From a bacterium (GTDB lineage: Bacteria; Gemmatimonadota; Gemmatimonadetes; Gemmatimonadales; Gemmatimonadaceae), in the NCBI GenBank assembly GCA_039933415.1, contig JBDTOD010000002.1, forward strand, positions 17,767-81,766: 64,000 nt of DNA, read 5' to 3'. Made by a program: the position numbers and the translations under genes. Shown one piece after another: positions 20,301-30,595 of this stretch (position 1 is its first letter; each line of letters begins with the position of its first letter). A model generated the notes under the pieces. It was not told where the DNA came from and made no database searches. It saw only the letters and a program-made list of their open reading frames with translations.

Positions 20301-20711
20301 ATGCGGCACAACACGGTCACGAGCGCGGCGGGCGGCAGTGCCTTCACCGTGGTGCTCGGCAGCCTGCCGGTGGTGCAGAAGCTCGTAGTCCACTCGAACG
20401 TCCTCGTCCGCGGCGCCTACGGCATCAAGGGCGGCGGCCAGACCGAAGGTTCCATCTCGCTCAACCACTTCGCGCCGGGCTCGCTCGTGAGCAACAACAT
20501 CATCACGGGCAGCGTCACGCCAGGCTCGTATCCGGTCAACAACTGGTTCCCGGCCACGCTTGCGCAGATCGGCTTCGCGAGCCTTGGTGCCGGCGACGTC
20601 CACCTCAGCGCCTCGAGCGCCTTCCTCAGCAAGGGCTACGACGGCCGAGAGCTGGGTGCCGACGTCGATCAGGTCAATGCACTCACCGCGAACGCGGTGG
20701 TGGCGCCGTAA
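17331..20711 (+). CDS. large lipoprotein: about six Big_2 (bacterial Ig-like) domains, (PTT)n linker, beta-helix domain
   Basis: MRRHTRSGATAMVVLSLVVAGC lipobox. Six ~85-aa repeats with the Big_2 pattern (VG.S.Q..A...D..G..L.GR...W.SS...VA.V...G.V......G...ITA). C-terminal domain is paralogous to 15014-16786. Confidence 0.8.
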   Translation: MRRHTRSGATAMVVLSLVVAGCGEKSPGATGTTPTSPTTPVAPGSTPIALARKADTLQVDESIQLTAIVPPTPGAVPATVWTSSNTDVAIVTPTGEVFAIKSGMTIVTVTSRGASDATTVTVKPSVREVALDADTLAISVEESVQLPFRVTDSDGNSVNLNNHSVEWTSTEPDVAPLTGDATVTGRTLGVSDVMLRVDGKYGKTNVRVLPRPLATIVVAPASVALAVGDKVQLATSLFDIYGAPLAVGGRNVIWSSSNPAAVNVTSDGLVVALGAGHADVTARIDSKRTVVAVDVAPFKSQPTTPAPVATVAVTLNAPSIQVGQSTQANATIKDAAGNILSGRTVVWTTNEPNVAMVSATGYVTAVKAGNVTIRATTGGLTGSVLLASTAPSAPAPAAVASVVVTLAKSPVIVGQSTQANAVLKDANGAVLTGRALAWVSSDANVATVDNVGFVSSVKAGSVTITASSGGKTGSAVFTSSLPAPVITNIVLTASVTTVKIGQSVQVTGVVMDKNGATVTNVPISWSASPTSIATVTSSGVVTGRGAGVATITVKADTVVRTHSFTVLDTATVPTTPTTPTTPTTPTTPTTPTTPTTPTTPTTPIYPGGARGPTDGGATPAELPRLSVNTSYPAMTRQVKVPAGANLQIVLNQAQPGDELLLAPGASYVGNFTLPNKGTSSAWIVIRTDVADAVIGNPGTRMTPTRAGNANLAKIQSPNYMSVITTNLSASHYRFTGVEIGGTSAAANINALVRFGESLPTQNTVASIAHDLIIDRSWVHGLPSLDLKRCLLLNSATSAVIDSWLGDCHSNQGDSQAIVGYNGPGPYLIENNHLEAGHEVVVFGGGSATIVNQSPSDITMRGNHIMRPLAWKNVWQVKNLLETKHVRRLLVEGNVFENNWADAQAGFAFVLKSENQNNDNPWTTSSDITIRYNRIRNTGNGFNLAANPSGIPAIPAARITITDNIMENVNVAPYNGDGHTMQLLGGLSDIVMRHNTVTSAAGGSAFTVVLGSLPVVQKLVVHSNVLVRGAYGIKGGGQTEGSISLNHFAPGSLVSNNIITGSVTPGSYPVNNWFPATLAQIGFASLGAGDVHLSASSAFLSKGYDGRELGADVDQVNALTANAVVAP
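19047..19139 (+). repeat. imperfect 9-nt tandem repeat encoding (Pro-Thr-Thr)x10
   Basis: CCG ACC/ACG ACC/ACG units read directly. Interdomain linker inside CDS 17331-20711. Confidence 0.85.
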
Positions 20712-20723
20712 CACCGGGGACAA

Positions 20724-20750
20724 GGGGTCAGAGTCTGCGACTCTGACCCC
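20724..20750. terminator. bidirectional hairpin GGGGTCAGAGTC-tgc-GACTCTGACCCC between convergent genes
   Basis: 12-bp perfect stem and 3-nt loop, located 13 nt after the stop at 20711. Same GGGGTCAGAG core as 6876-6927. Confidence 0.7.
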
Positions 20751-20838
20751 GCTGGCAGGCAACGATGGTGCACAGCATGAAAGCGGGCCGCGTCGATCTG
20801 ACGCGGCCCGCTTTCACTTGCCGCCGACGAGAACCGTG

Positions 20839-21303
20839 TCAGTCGGACTTGAACCGGCCGTCCGTGAACTTGAGGATCTTCGCGGGCACGCCGCCCATCA
20901 CGGCCATTGCGGGGACGTCCTTGATCACGACGGCGTTGGCCCCGATGATCGCACCGTCGCCAACGGTGATTGGACCCAGCACGCAGGCCCCCGGTCCGAT
21001 GTAGACGTTGTCGCCGATCGTCGGCGCGCCCGCTCTCGGCGGGCCCCCATCGTCCACCGTCTTGCCGCGCCCGCCGATCGTCACACCCTGCGCGATCTCC
21101 ACGTTGCGGCCGATCTTCGCGCGCGCGTGGATCACCACCGCGACGCCGATGTGCGTGCACGTGCAGCCGGGACCGATCTCGGCGCTCGGCTCGATCGAGC
21201 AATTGTAGATCAGATAGGTGAGCCGGTACCAGATCTTGGGAAGCACCGGGATTCCCTTCCGGTGCGCCCAGTTGCCGACGCGGTAGAACGTGATCGCGTT
21301 CAC
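20839..21303 (-). CDS. hexapeptide-repeat O-acetyltransferase (serine acetyltransferase/WcaB-like)
   Basis: N-terminal YRVGNWAHRKGIPVLPKIWYRLTYLIY followed by left-handed beta-helix hexapeptide repeats (IGPGC..THIGV, IGRNVEI, IGDNVYIGPGA, VGDGAIIGANAVV). Confidence 0.8.
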   Translation of the reverse strand: MNAITFYRVGNWAHRKGIPVLPKIWYRLTYLIYNCSIEPSAEIGPGCTCTHIGVAVVIHARAKIGRNVEIAQGVTIGGRGKTVDDGGPPRAGAPTIGDNVYIGPGACVLGPITVGDGAIIGANAVVIKDVPAMAVMGGVPAKILKFTDGRFKSD

Positions 21304-21337
21304 TGGAATCGATCTCCGCCGTCGTGCGTCGTGTCGG

Positions 21338-22660
21338 CTACCAATTGATGCCGTGGTACTGCGTGTTGTCCGACAGCCGGTCGCCGAAGATCCGCACCAG
21401 ATCCACCACGACCTGGCCGTCCGTCAGCTGCTTGTCCACCGTCCGGAACGCCGGCGTGGCGTTGCCGATCACGACGACCTCCGACCGCTCCACCACCCGG
21501 TCCATCGAGTCGTCGACGAGGGTCCAGATGTGCGGGATCTCCTTCTCGATGTACTCGCGGTTGGAGCCGATCAGGTTGGCGCTGGACACGTCGCGGTCGA
21601 ACACCGCAACATCCATCCCCTTGCCGATCAGCATCTCGATCAGCGTCACCATCGGCGACTCGCGCAGATCGTCGGTGCCCGCCTTGAACGACATGCCCAG
21701 GATGCCGACCTTGCGCTTGCCCGTGGCGAGGATTGTGTTGTACGCCTTCTCGATCAACTTCTTGTTGCTCTCCAGGGCGGCGGCGATCATCGGCGTGTCG
21801 ACGTCGAGCTGGCGCGCCTTGTAGCTGAGCGCGCGAACGTCCTTCGGGAGGCACGAGCCGCCGAACGCGAAGCCCGGCCGCAGATACGCCGGCGAGATAT
21901 TGAGCTTCGTGTCCTCGCAGAAAATCCGCATCACCTCGTGGCTGTCCACCCCCACCGCCTTGCAGACGCCGCCGATCTCGTTGGCGAACGTCACCTTCAC
22001 CGCGTGGAACGAGTTGCACGCGTACTTGATCGTCTCGGCAACACCCATCGCCGCGACGTGCACCGGCGCGTCGATGCCGCTGTAGAGCGCCTTCACCGAC
22101 TCGGCGCTCCGATCGTCGTGCGCGCCGATGAGCGTGAACGGCGGCGCGTAGAAATCCTTGATCGACGATCCCTCGCGCAGAAACTCCGGATTGCTACAGG
22201 CACCGAAGTCCGTGCCGAACTTCTTGCCCGATGCTCGCTCGAGCGCGGGGATGACCGTGCCGTCCACTGTGCCCGGGAGCACCGTGCTCCGGATCACGAC
22301 GGTGTGCCAGCGATCCACGTCCCTGAGGGTCGTGCCGATCTCCGTGCACACCCGCTCGATGTACTGCAGGTCGAGGCTGCCGTTCGGACGACTCGGCGTG
22401 CCGACGCAGATGAGCGAGACGGTCGATGAGCGTACGGCGTCGCCCACGTCGGTCGTGGCGCGAAGCCGGCCGGCGGAGACCATCTCCGCGACCAGCTCAC
22501 TGATGCCGACTTCGAGTATGGTGCTCTTTCCAGAATTGATCATGTCGACCTTCGCCGTGCTGACGTCCACTCCCACGACGGAGTGGCCCTCCTTCGCGAA
22601 GCAGGCCGCCGACACGCAGCCGACGTAACCGAGACCGAATACACTGACAGTGGTGTTCAT
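21338..22660 (-). CDS. nucleotide-sugar 6-dehydrogenase, GDP-mannose dehydrogenase (AlgD)-like
   Basis: VSVFGLGYVGCVSAACFA Rossmann start, catalytic RPGFAFGGSCLPKDVRAL, SFKAGTDDLRESP. Overall colinearity with AlgD as I recall it. The start codon shares one base with the upstream stop. Confidence 0.85.
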   Translation of the reverse strand: MNTTVSVFGLGYVGCVSAACFAKEGHSVVGVDVSTAKVDMINSGKSTILEVGISELVAEMVSAGRLRATTDVGDAVRSSTVSLICVGTPSRPNGSLDLQYIERVCTEIGTTLRDVDRWHTVVIRSTVLPGTVDGTVIPALERASGKKFGTDFGACSNPEFLREGSSIKDFYAPPFTLIGAHDDRSAESVKALYSGIDAPVHVAAMGVAETIKYACNSFHAVKVTFANEIGGVCKAVGVDSHEVMRIFCEDTKLNISPAYLRPGFAFGGSCLPKDVRALSYKARQLDVDTPMIAAALESNKKLIEKAYNTILATGKRKVGILGMSFKAGTDDLRESPMVTLIEMLIGKGMDVAVFDRDVSSANLIGSNREYIEKEIPHIWTLVDDSMDRVVERSEVVVIGNATPAFRTVDKQLTDGQVVVDLVRIFGDRLSDNTQYHGINW

Positions 22661-23913
22661 CAAGAGCTCATGGACATGGCGGGGATCGGCCGGTCCGGTA
22701 CGGAGGCGGCCGCGGAGAGACAACGTTCGGCAAACTGATCTGCGACTGACGCCCAGCCGAAGTGGGTACGGACCTGCGTGGCGGCGGACTGGCCGATGGC
22801 GGCTGCCCGCGCGGGATGGCGCAACAGTGTGATCACCGACTCGGCGAAGGTCGCCGGATCGTCGGCCAGGATGATGTGCTCGTTGTGCCGGACGTCGAGC
22901 CCTTCGGCTCCGATCGTCGTGGACACGACGGCGCGCTCCATCCCCATGGCCTCGTAGATTTTGATGCGCGTGCCGCCGCCGATGCGCAGCGGAACCACCA
23001 CGACGGCGGCTTCCTCGAGGAAGGGGCGCACGTCGGGCACGGTGCCGGTGATCGTCACGTACGGGCGACCCTCGCCCAACGCCTGCACCTTCGCGGACGG
23101 CCTTCGTCCGACGATCGTCAGCGTCGCGTCGGGCACGTCTCGCCGAATCGCCGGCAGGATCTCCTCCACGAACCACGCCATCCCATCCTCGTTCGGCATC
23201 CAGTCCATCGACCCGGTGAAGACGATGTTCCCAGGCCGCTGCGCGACGGTTCGCGATGGGCGAAAGAAGTCGGTGTCCACACCCGTCGGGACGGACGACA
23301 CGTTGCGCACGCCGTACTGCTCGCGGAACACCGCGGCATCCTCGGGCGAGACCGCGACCACGTGGTCGAACCGCAGGCACTGCTCGCGCTCGAGGTTGCG
23401 CATCCGCCGCCACTGCTCACCCATGTACGCGCGAAGGATGGGATTGGTCGCCACCTTGGTGCGTCGCTCCCAGATCATCGCCTCGACGTTGTGCTGGAAG
23501 AGCACGACGGGGCAGGGCAGGCCGTCGGGCACGTTCAGCGCAGGGATCAGGAAGTCGCAGACCACTACGTCCGCCCGGTCGCTGCCCCTGCCGCAGCGCG
23601 CGCGAATCGCGTCGGTCATCGACGTCGCGCGGTACGGGGAGACGGCGAACGGCAGCGACGAGAAGACGTTGGCCAGAATAGCCATCGCTCGCCGCCATCC
23701 CTTCAACGGAGCGGTGCGCCACGGCACGAGCACCAGATCGTCGCAGTATTCGCTGGCGCGCGCGCGCTGCTCCTCCGTGCTCGTCCCGTCGTCGAGAGCG
23801 ATGTAGGTCACCCGGTGACGGTCGCGCAGGCGGCGCAGCATCTCGTACGTGCGGATGCGGCCCCCCTTGTCCAGCGGATGCAGGAGCTCGTTCTTCAGCC
23901 AGAGGATGTGCAT
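22660..23913 (-). CDS. glycosyltransferase family 4 (resembles PEP-CTERM/EpsH1-associated sugar transferase)
   Basis: MHILWLKNELLHPLDKGGRIRTYEMLRRL N-terminus and a C-terminal GT-B region (VVVPLRIGGGTRIKIYEAMGMERAVVST). Confidence 0.8.
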   Translation of the reverse strand: MHILWLKNELLHPLDKGGRIRTYEMLRRLRDRHRVTYIALDDGTSTEEQRARASEYCDDLVLVPWRTAPLKGWRRAMAILANVFSSLPFAVSPYRATSMTDAIRARCGRGSDRADVVVCDFLIPALNVPDGLPCPVVLFQHNVEAMIWERRTKVATNPILRAYMGEQWRRMRNLEREQCLRFDHVVAVSPEDAAVFREQYGVRNVSSVPTGVDTDFFRPSRTVAQRPGNIVFTGSMDWMPNEDGMAWFVEEILPAIRRDVPDATLTIVGRRPSAKVQALGEGRPYVTITGTVPDVRPFLEEAAVVVVPLRIGGGTRIKIYEAMGMERAVVSTTIGAEGLDVRHNEHIILADDPATFAESVITLLRHPARAAAIGQSAATQVRTHFGWASVADQFAERCLSAAASVPDRPIPAMSMSS

Positions 23914-23934
23914 TCGTATCGTCGGGCGTCGGCG

Positions 23935-25857
<1,923 letters not shown>

Positions 25858-25861
25858 ATCG

Positions 25862-28231
25862 TCAGTCCTGCCCTGAAGAACGAAGCGATGAGGTCTCGGC
25901 TCTCCAGCGGCCGAGCTCGAGGCGAGCCGCGAACAGCGCTCCCCCCGCGACCTCGTGACGCTCCAACTCCGCCCCTTCGGCGAAGCTCGCACCCAGAAGA
26001 TAAAGTCGTTCGGTCACGCCGTCGCCGCGCGCGGTGAGAATCGCGCACTCCGCGTCGCTCGAGACGCCTCCGAGCTCGATCGTCGCCGAGTCACCTCGAC
26101 GAAGCACGGTATCGTGGAACTGCCGTCCGACCACTTCCGCACCCAGCGGGCCAGGTGGCGCCGTCAGCAGACGAGCGTGCGCCGTTCCGGGCACGAGCAG
26201 CGTGACCGAATGCTGGCGCCCCGTCCCCGTTGCGGTGTATTCGACGCTCGGCCCCTCGCGCTTGGCGCCATACGCCTCGGATCGCCACGAGGTGCCCGCT
26301 CTCAGCGTTCCATCGCCGATCGTGATGAGCTGGAGCAGCACGACGTCGTCGCGCGAGGGGTCTGTGACCTGCGCATCGGAGTCGCTCGCGCTGCGCAGCG
26401 TCAGGTCGGGCGTGCAGTGCCAGTGCGCCGTCCAGCGATGCCCCAGCTCGGCGTCGATGATGTCGTGCACGACGAAGTAGCGGCCGTGCAGCAGCAGCAC
26501 GCTTCGCTCGTGCACGGCCGGATCCGACAGACGACGATAGCCGTCGTGCGAGCCGCGCCAGAAGTCGTACGCGGGCGATGTCGACCAGGCGTGCGTGGTC
26601 GTTCTCGCCACGCTTCGCCAGTGGAACAGCCCCCCGGTCACGGAGGAGCTCTCATCGTCCACCGTCACCGTGTTGTGCTGAGCGGTCGAGCGGAACTCGT
26701 CTCGAGCCGCTCCTGTGTAGCTGAACGTTCCGCCGTCGGTGAAGATCGTACGGCCTCCCGCCGCCAGCTCGATCGACAGCGCGTCCGCGTGCGCATGGCC
26801 GCAGTTGAGCGAGCCGTGAGGCCCGCCGTCGATCAGCGCCCACGTGGCGGTCGGTCCCCATCCGTCCCGCATCACATAGAATCCACCGTCAGCGAATCCG
26901 CGCGACCCGCTCGTCGGCGCCACGGGTGGGTGGGTGGCGAGCGACGCCGCACCCTTCGCTCCGAGGAGCCAGAGGCATTCCTCGATGGCATCACCCGCGA
27001 CGCATCGCATGTCGCTGCGGCCGAACAGTGCCGCGCCCGTGGCGAGCGTGGGCCGTGCGTCAAGAGAGGACAGACCGTCGAGGCGCGTCAACCGTCCGCC
27101 GTCGTCGTCGCCGATGAGCGGCACCGTGCCGTCGGGATGCACGGCGTGCACCAGGAACTCCACGAGCCGTTCGACGCGTTCCCACATCACCGAGTCGCGC
27201 GGCCAGCCGTTCGCGTCGGACAGCACCAGCGCCTGCTGATAGATGTCCGCCGTGTAGCGATGGTAGTAGAGCGCCTGCTCGAAATACGTCCCGTCGGGGC
27301 GCACCTGTCGGAACAGCTGCTCGCGAAGGATGTCCCAACCGAGCGTCCGCCACCGACTCGCCGACTCGAACAGCGGCAGCGCGGTGCCGAGATAGAGCAG
27401 GCCCAGAGCCTCGCCCGTCAGATGCGTGTTTGGACTGTAGTAGGTCGAGAGATATCGCGCGATGTGCGTGGCGTGCCTACGCAGCGACTCCAGTGCGCGC
27501 GCGAGGACGACGTCCGTGAGCTGCGGCGCTTCGGCGAACAGTTGCAGCGCCCACAGCCAGGAGATGGCGCGATAGGACACTTCGAGGCTGCTCGCCCAGT
27601 TCACGCCAACGCGCGGCGGATTCTCGTCGATCCAACTCAGCAGCTGCGAAACGAACGCGTCGGCGTAGCGCGAGTCACGCGAGTAGGCGTAGGCCTGCCC
27701 GAGTGTCACGAAGTGCTGATGTCGGTTCACTTCCCACAGCAACTTGTAGTCACCGACCGTGCTCGGATCGAGATAGGCGATCCGGCTCCAGTGCTTCCGC
27801 GGCGCACGCTTGCCCGACGACGGATCGCGATGCCAGTCGATCGGACTTCCGAACGACACCCGTTGGTGCCCGAGCAGATCGAAGACGCCATCCACGGCGC
27901 GATCCGCTCGGCATCGCGTGCTCGTCTCGGCATCCGGCCGCGCACGACGAAGCGTGTCGACGGTGGAGGAGATGTCGCGGAGCCCCGGCACCATCCCGGC
28001 GGCCAGCTCCTGCCGCGCCGCGGCGATCACACGCGCTGGATCGCCGCGCAGCGCGCGTGACACACCGTTCGGCATAGCCTTCGCACGCCCCCCTCCGCCG
28101 CCCAGCGCGAGTCCCACCCGCTCACCGAGCGAGGCCAGCGCCTGACGCCCGCGAACCTGGAGCTCACCCGGCAGGGTGGCCACGGTCCGACCCCTCACGC
28201 CGTCCTCCGGCAGTACGACGCCCCGTCTCAC
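25862..28231 (-). CDS. heparinase II/III-like (alginate-lyase-fold) protein, no signal peptide
   Basis: PIDWHRDP, YKLLWEVNRHQHF, NPPRVGVNWASSLEVSYRAISWLWA and C-terminal GHAHADALS motifs typical of the family. The ATG at 28231 forms an ATGA overlap with the upstream stop. Confidence 0.8.
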   Translation of the reverse strand: MRRGVVLPEDGVRGRTVATLPGELQVRGRQALASLGERVGLALGGGGGRAKAMPNGVSRALRGDPARVIAAARQELAAGMVPGLRDISSTVDTLRRARPDAETSTRCRADRAVDGVFDLLGHQRVSFGSPIDWHRDPSSGKRAPRKHWSRIAYLDPSTVGDYKLLWEVNRHQHFVTLGQAYAYSRDSRYADAFVSQLLSWIDENPPRVGVNWASSLEVSYRAISWLWALQLFAEAPQLTDVVLARALESLRRHATHIARYLSTYYSPNTHLTGEALGLLYLGTALPLFESASRWRTLGWDILREQLFRQVRPDGTYFEQALYYHRYTADIYQQALVLSDANGWPRDSVMWERVERLVEFLVHAVHPDGTVPLIGDDDGGRLTRLDGLSSLDARPTLATGAALFGRSDMRCVAGDAIEECLWLLGAKGAASLATHPPVAPTSGSRGFADGGFYVMRDGWGPTATWALIDGGPHGSLNCGHAHADALSIELAAGGRTIFTDGGTFSYTGAARDEFRSTAQHNTVTVDDESSSVTGGLFHWRSVARTTTHAWSTSPAYDFWRGSHDGYRRLSDPAVHERSVLLLHGRYFVVHDIIDAELGHRWTAHWHCTPDLTLRSASDSDAQVTDPSRDDVVLLQLITIGDGTLRAGTSWRSEAYGAKREGPSVEYTATGTGRQHSVTLLVPGTAHARLLTAPPGPLGAEVVGRQFHDTVLRRGDSATIELGGVSSDAECAILTARGDGVTERLYLLGASFAEGAELERHEVAGGALFAARLELGRWRAETSSLRSSGQD

Positions 28232-29421
28232 CGCAGTCCCGCCTCGACCACCGATTGATCGTTCGTGCTCGCGGTCGGCGACAGGCCGGTGCGCGTCGTC
28301 TCACGCACCGGCGCTCCGACGAGCCGGCGATAGAGCGCATCCCACTGCTCGCCGACCGCGGCCCAGGTATAGTGATGCTCCACGTCGGCCAATCCCTCGG
28401 CGATCACCCGATGCGCGAGGTCGTCATCGTCGAGCAGCCGCAGCGCTTCCGCCGCGAGCGCGTCGTGATCACCACAATCCACCAGCAGCCCGTTTCGCTC
28501 GTGCTCCACCACGTACGGGATGCCCCCCGCGCGCGTCGTCACCACGGGGAGGCCGCACGCGAACGCCTCGATGATCGAGTTCGGCATGTTGTCGATGTCG
28601 GACGCGTTGAGGTACACGTCCGCCGCGTCGTACCACCGCCCCATCTCGGTCGGCGCAACGGCGCCGAGGAACTCCACATTCCTGAGCGACAGCTCGTTCG
28701 CCACGGAATGCACGTGCTCCCGTGCCGGGCCGTCGCCAATCACGATCAGTCGAGCATCGGGCAGCCGGCGCTGAATGATCTCGAACGCGCGCAGCACGCA
28801 CGGCACGTTGTACAGTGCCTGGAAGTTGCGATTGGACAGGAACACCGGTCGCAGCGCATCGCGCCGGCGATAACGCACCGACGCCGGGTCGACGAAGTTC
28901 GCGATCGACTCCGCCCGCACTCCGAATCGCGAGAACACATCGACGAGATAGCCGGACGGCGTCACGACCGCGTCCGCACGCAGTAGGGTCGGCACTGACG
29001 TCCGCGGCCATGTCTTCAGATGGTCTTCGGCTTCGCCGCTCCGGTAGTTGATCACGACCTTCTTCCCGAGCCACTTCCCGATCAGGATGGCGGGCGTGGG
29101 CGCGAGCAGGAACGACCAGTATGACGCGCTGAACACGTGGACCACATCGCAGTGCGGCAGCCGGCGGAGCAGGGACGTCACGTAGGCGAGCGACGTGGCG
29201 AGCGTCCGCACGTACTTCACGCGCTGCAGCGTGCGGAGCAGCCGCGACTCGCGCGGGTCGTGGGGGAGGAAGTCGACCTCGAGACCGGGTACCGCGCGGA
29301 GGCGCGCGAGCAGCCGCTGTGCCGCGACCGCCTGTCCACCGAGGATGGAGAGCGACGGAGCAACGAGGCAGACGCGAATGGCGCGCGCCCGGGACGAGGT
29401 CGCCTGCACGCGATCAGCCAT
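28228..29421 (-). CDS. glycosyltransferase family 4
   Basis: IRVCLVAPSLSILGGQ N-terminus. C-terminal E(x7)E-type region NMPNSIIEAFACGLPVVTTRAGGIPYVVEHERNG. Confidence 0.85.
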   Translation of the reverse strand: MADRVQATSSRARAIRVCLVAPSLSILGGQAVAAQRLLARLRAVPGLEVDFLPHDPRESRLLRTLQRVKYVRTLATSLAYVTSLLRRLPHCDVVHVFSASYWSFLLAPTPAILIGKWLGKKVVINYRSGEAEDHLKTWPRTSVPTLLRADAVVTPSGYLVDVFSRFGVRAESIANFVDPASVRYRRRDALRPVFLSNRNFQALYNVPCVLRAFEIIQRRLPDARLIVIGDGPAREHVHSVANELSLRNVEFLGAVAPTEMGRWYDAADVYLNASDIDNMPNSIIEAFACGLPVVTTRAGGIPYVVEHERNGLLVDCGDHDALAAEALRLLDDDDLAHRVIAEGLADVEHHYTWAAVGEQWDALYRRLVGAPVRETTRTGLSPTASTNDQSVVEAGLR

Positions 29422-30595
29422 CGGCGGCGACGCGAGCTTGCGACATGTGCTGCTTCGCCTTTCTCGGCATGAAGAACGCGCTCATCCCGGTCAGCCATCC
29501 CTCGACGTCGAGCGGAGAGAGGAACGAGCTGTCCACGAGCCGCGGCAGCAGCAGCGGAGCGCTGCGGCGGGACGCGAGCCCCGGGTCGCAGGTCGTCGCC
29601 GAAACGACGCCCGCCTCCTCCAGCCATGGAAGGAATGCGGGGAGATAGACGCCGCTCGGATAGCAGAAATGCGTCGCGGCCTGCGTCCGGATGGGGTCGA
29701 TGCGCGCGCGGTTGTCCACGAGCTCGCGCAGGAAGAGTGCGCGGTCGTTCGGCGTGCGGTGACGATGCGTGTGGAGCTGGATGTCCACGCCCTTTCGCGA
29801 CATCTCCGCCGCTTCGTCGTTCGTCATCACGGTCAGGATACGCTTCGCCGACAACGCGTCGAAGTCATCGCCGAGAAACGCCGTCAACCGCTCCGCGAGC
29901 TCGATCCGTTCCGGCAACCGGAAACCCTCGAACTCCACGTAGCGCATCAGGTCGGCGTGGGCGCGCTGACGCCCCTGCTCGGACGCGAGATCCCATCGAA
30001 TAGGATGGCCGAGCAGGGGCTGCGCATCCACCACCGGTCGGCGTAGCCGCGCGCGCCACAACACGTACGAGCAGAACAGACCGAAGATCGGCTTGTTGTA
30101 GTCGGAGTAAAACGTCGTGAGGTACACCGTCGCTGGAAAGCCGAACTTCTCGAGCACCGGATAGGCCCGTGCATAGAAGTCGTACATCCCGTCGTCGAAT
30201 GTCAGCGCAACGCTTCGCGGAGGCAGCGTGCCGTCGTACAGACGTCGCAGCCCCTCGTCGAGCGAGAGCACGGTGTAGTTCCCGTCGCGCAGCATCTGCA
30301 GCCGCGCCTCCAGGAGAGTCGGGCTCATCGAGTACGTCCCCGACCACTGATGCTCGTCGTCGATGGAGATGCTGTGATAGCACAGGATCATCAGACGGTT
30401 CTGCCGCCACTTGCTGTCGCGCATCGTCGTGAGCAACCCGAGCTTGGACGACACGCCGAGGACACCCCGCTTCACCTTGACCGTCAACGGCGGCGTCGGA
30501 GGCGGAGGCACGGGAGACTCCGAACCGCGCGAACCGGCCGCGCCGATTCCGGGAGACAGCGGTCGCACCGGCTGCGATACTGATGCGGTGCTCAT
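29414..30595 (-). CDS. polysaccharide deacetylase (NodB-type) family protein
   Basis: ILCYHSI and LTFDDGMYDFY (NodB motif 1), THRH. Start MSTASV at 30595 forms an ATGA overlap with the upstream stop. The longer ORF-track start would overlap the GT2 gene. Confidence 0.8.
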   Translation of the reverse strand: MSTASVSQPVRPLSPGIGAAGSRGSESPVPPPPTPPLTVKVKRGVLGVSSKLGLLTTMRDSKWRQNRLMILCYHSISIDDEHQWSGTYSMSPTLLEARLQMLRDGNYTVLSLDEGLRRLYDGTLPPRSVALTFDDGMYDFYARAYPVLEKFGFPATVYLTTFYSDYNKPIFGLFCSYVLWRARLRRPVVDAQPLLGHPIRWDLASEQGRQRAHADLMRYVEFEGFRLPERIELAERLTAFLGDDFDALSAKRILTVMTNDEAAEMSRKGVDIQLHTHRHRTPNDRALFLRELVDNRARIDPIRTQAATHFCYPSGVYLPAFLPWLEEAGVVSATTCDPGLASRRSAPLLLPRLVDSSFLSPLDVEGWLTGMSAFFMPRKAKQHMSQARVAADG

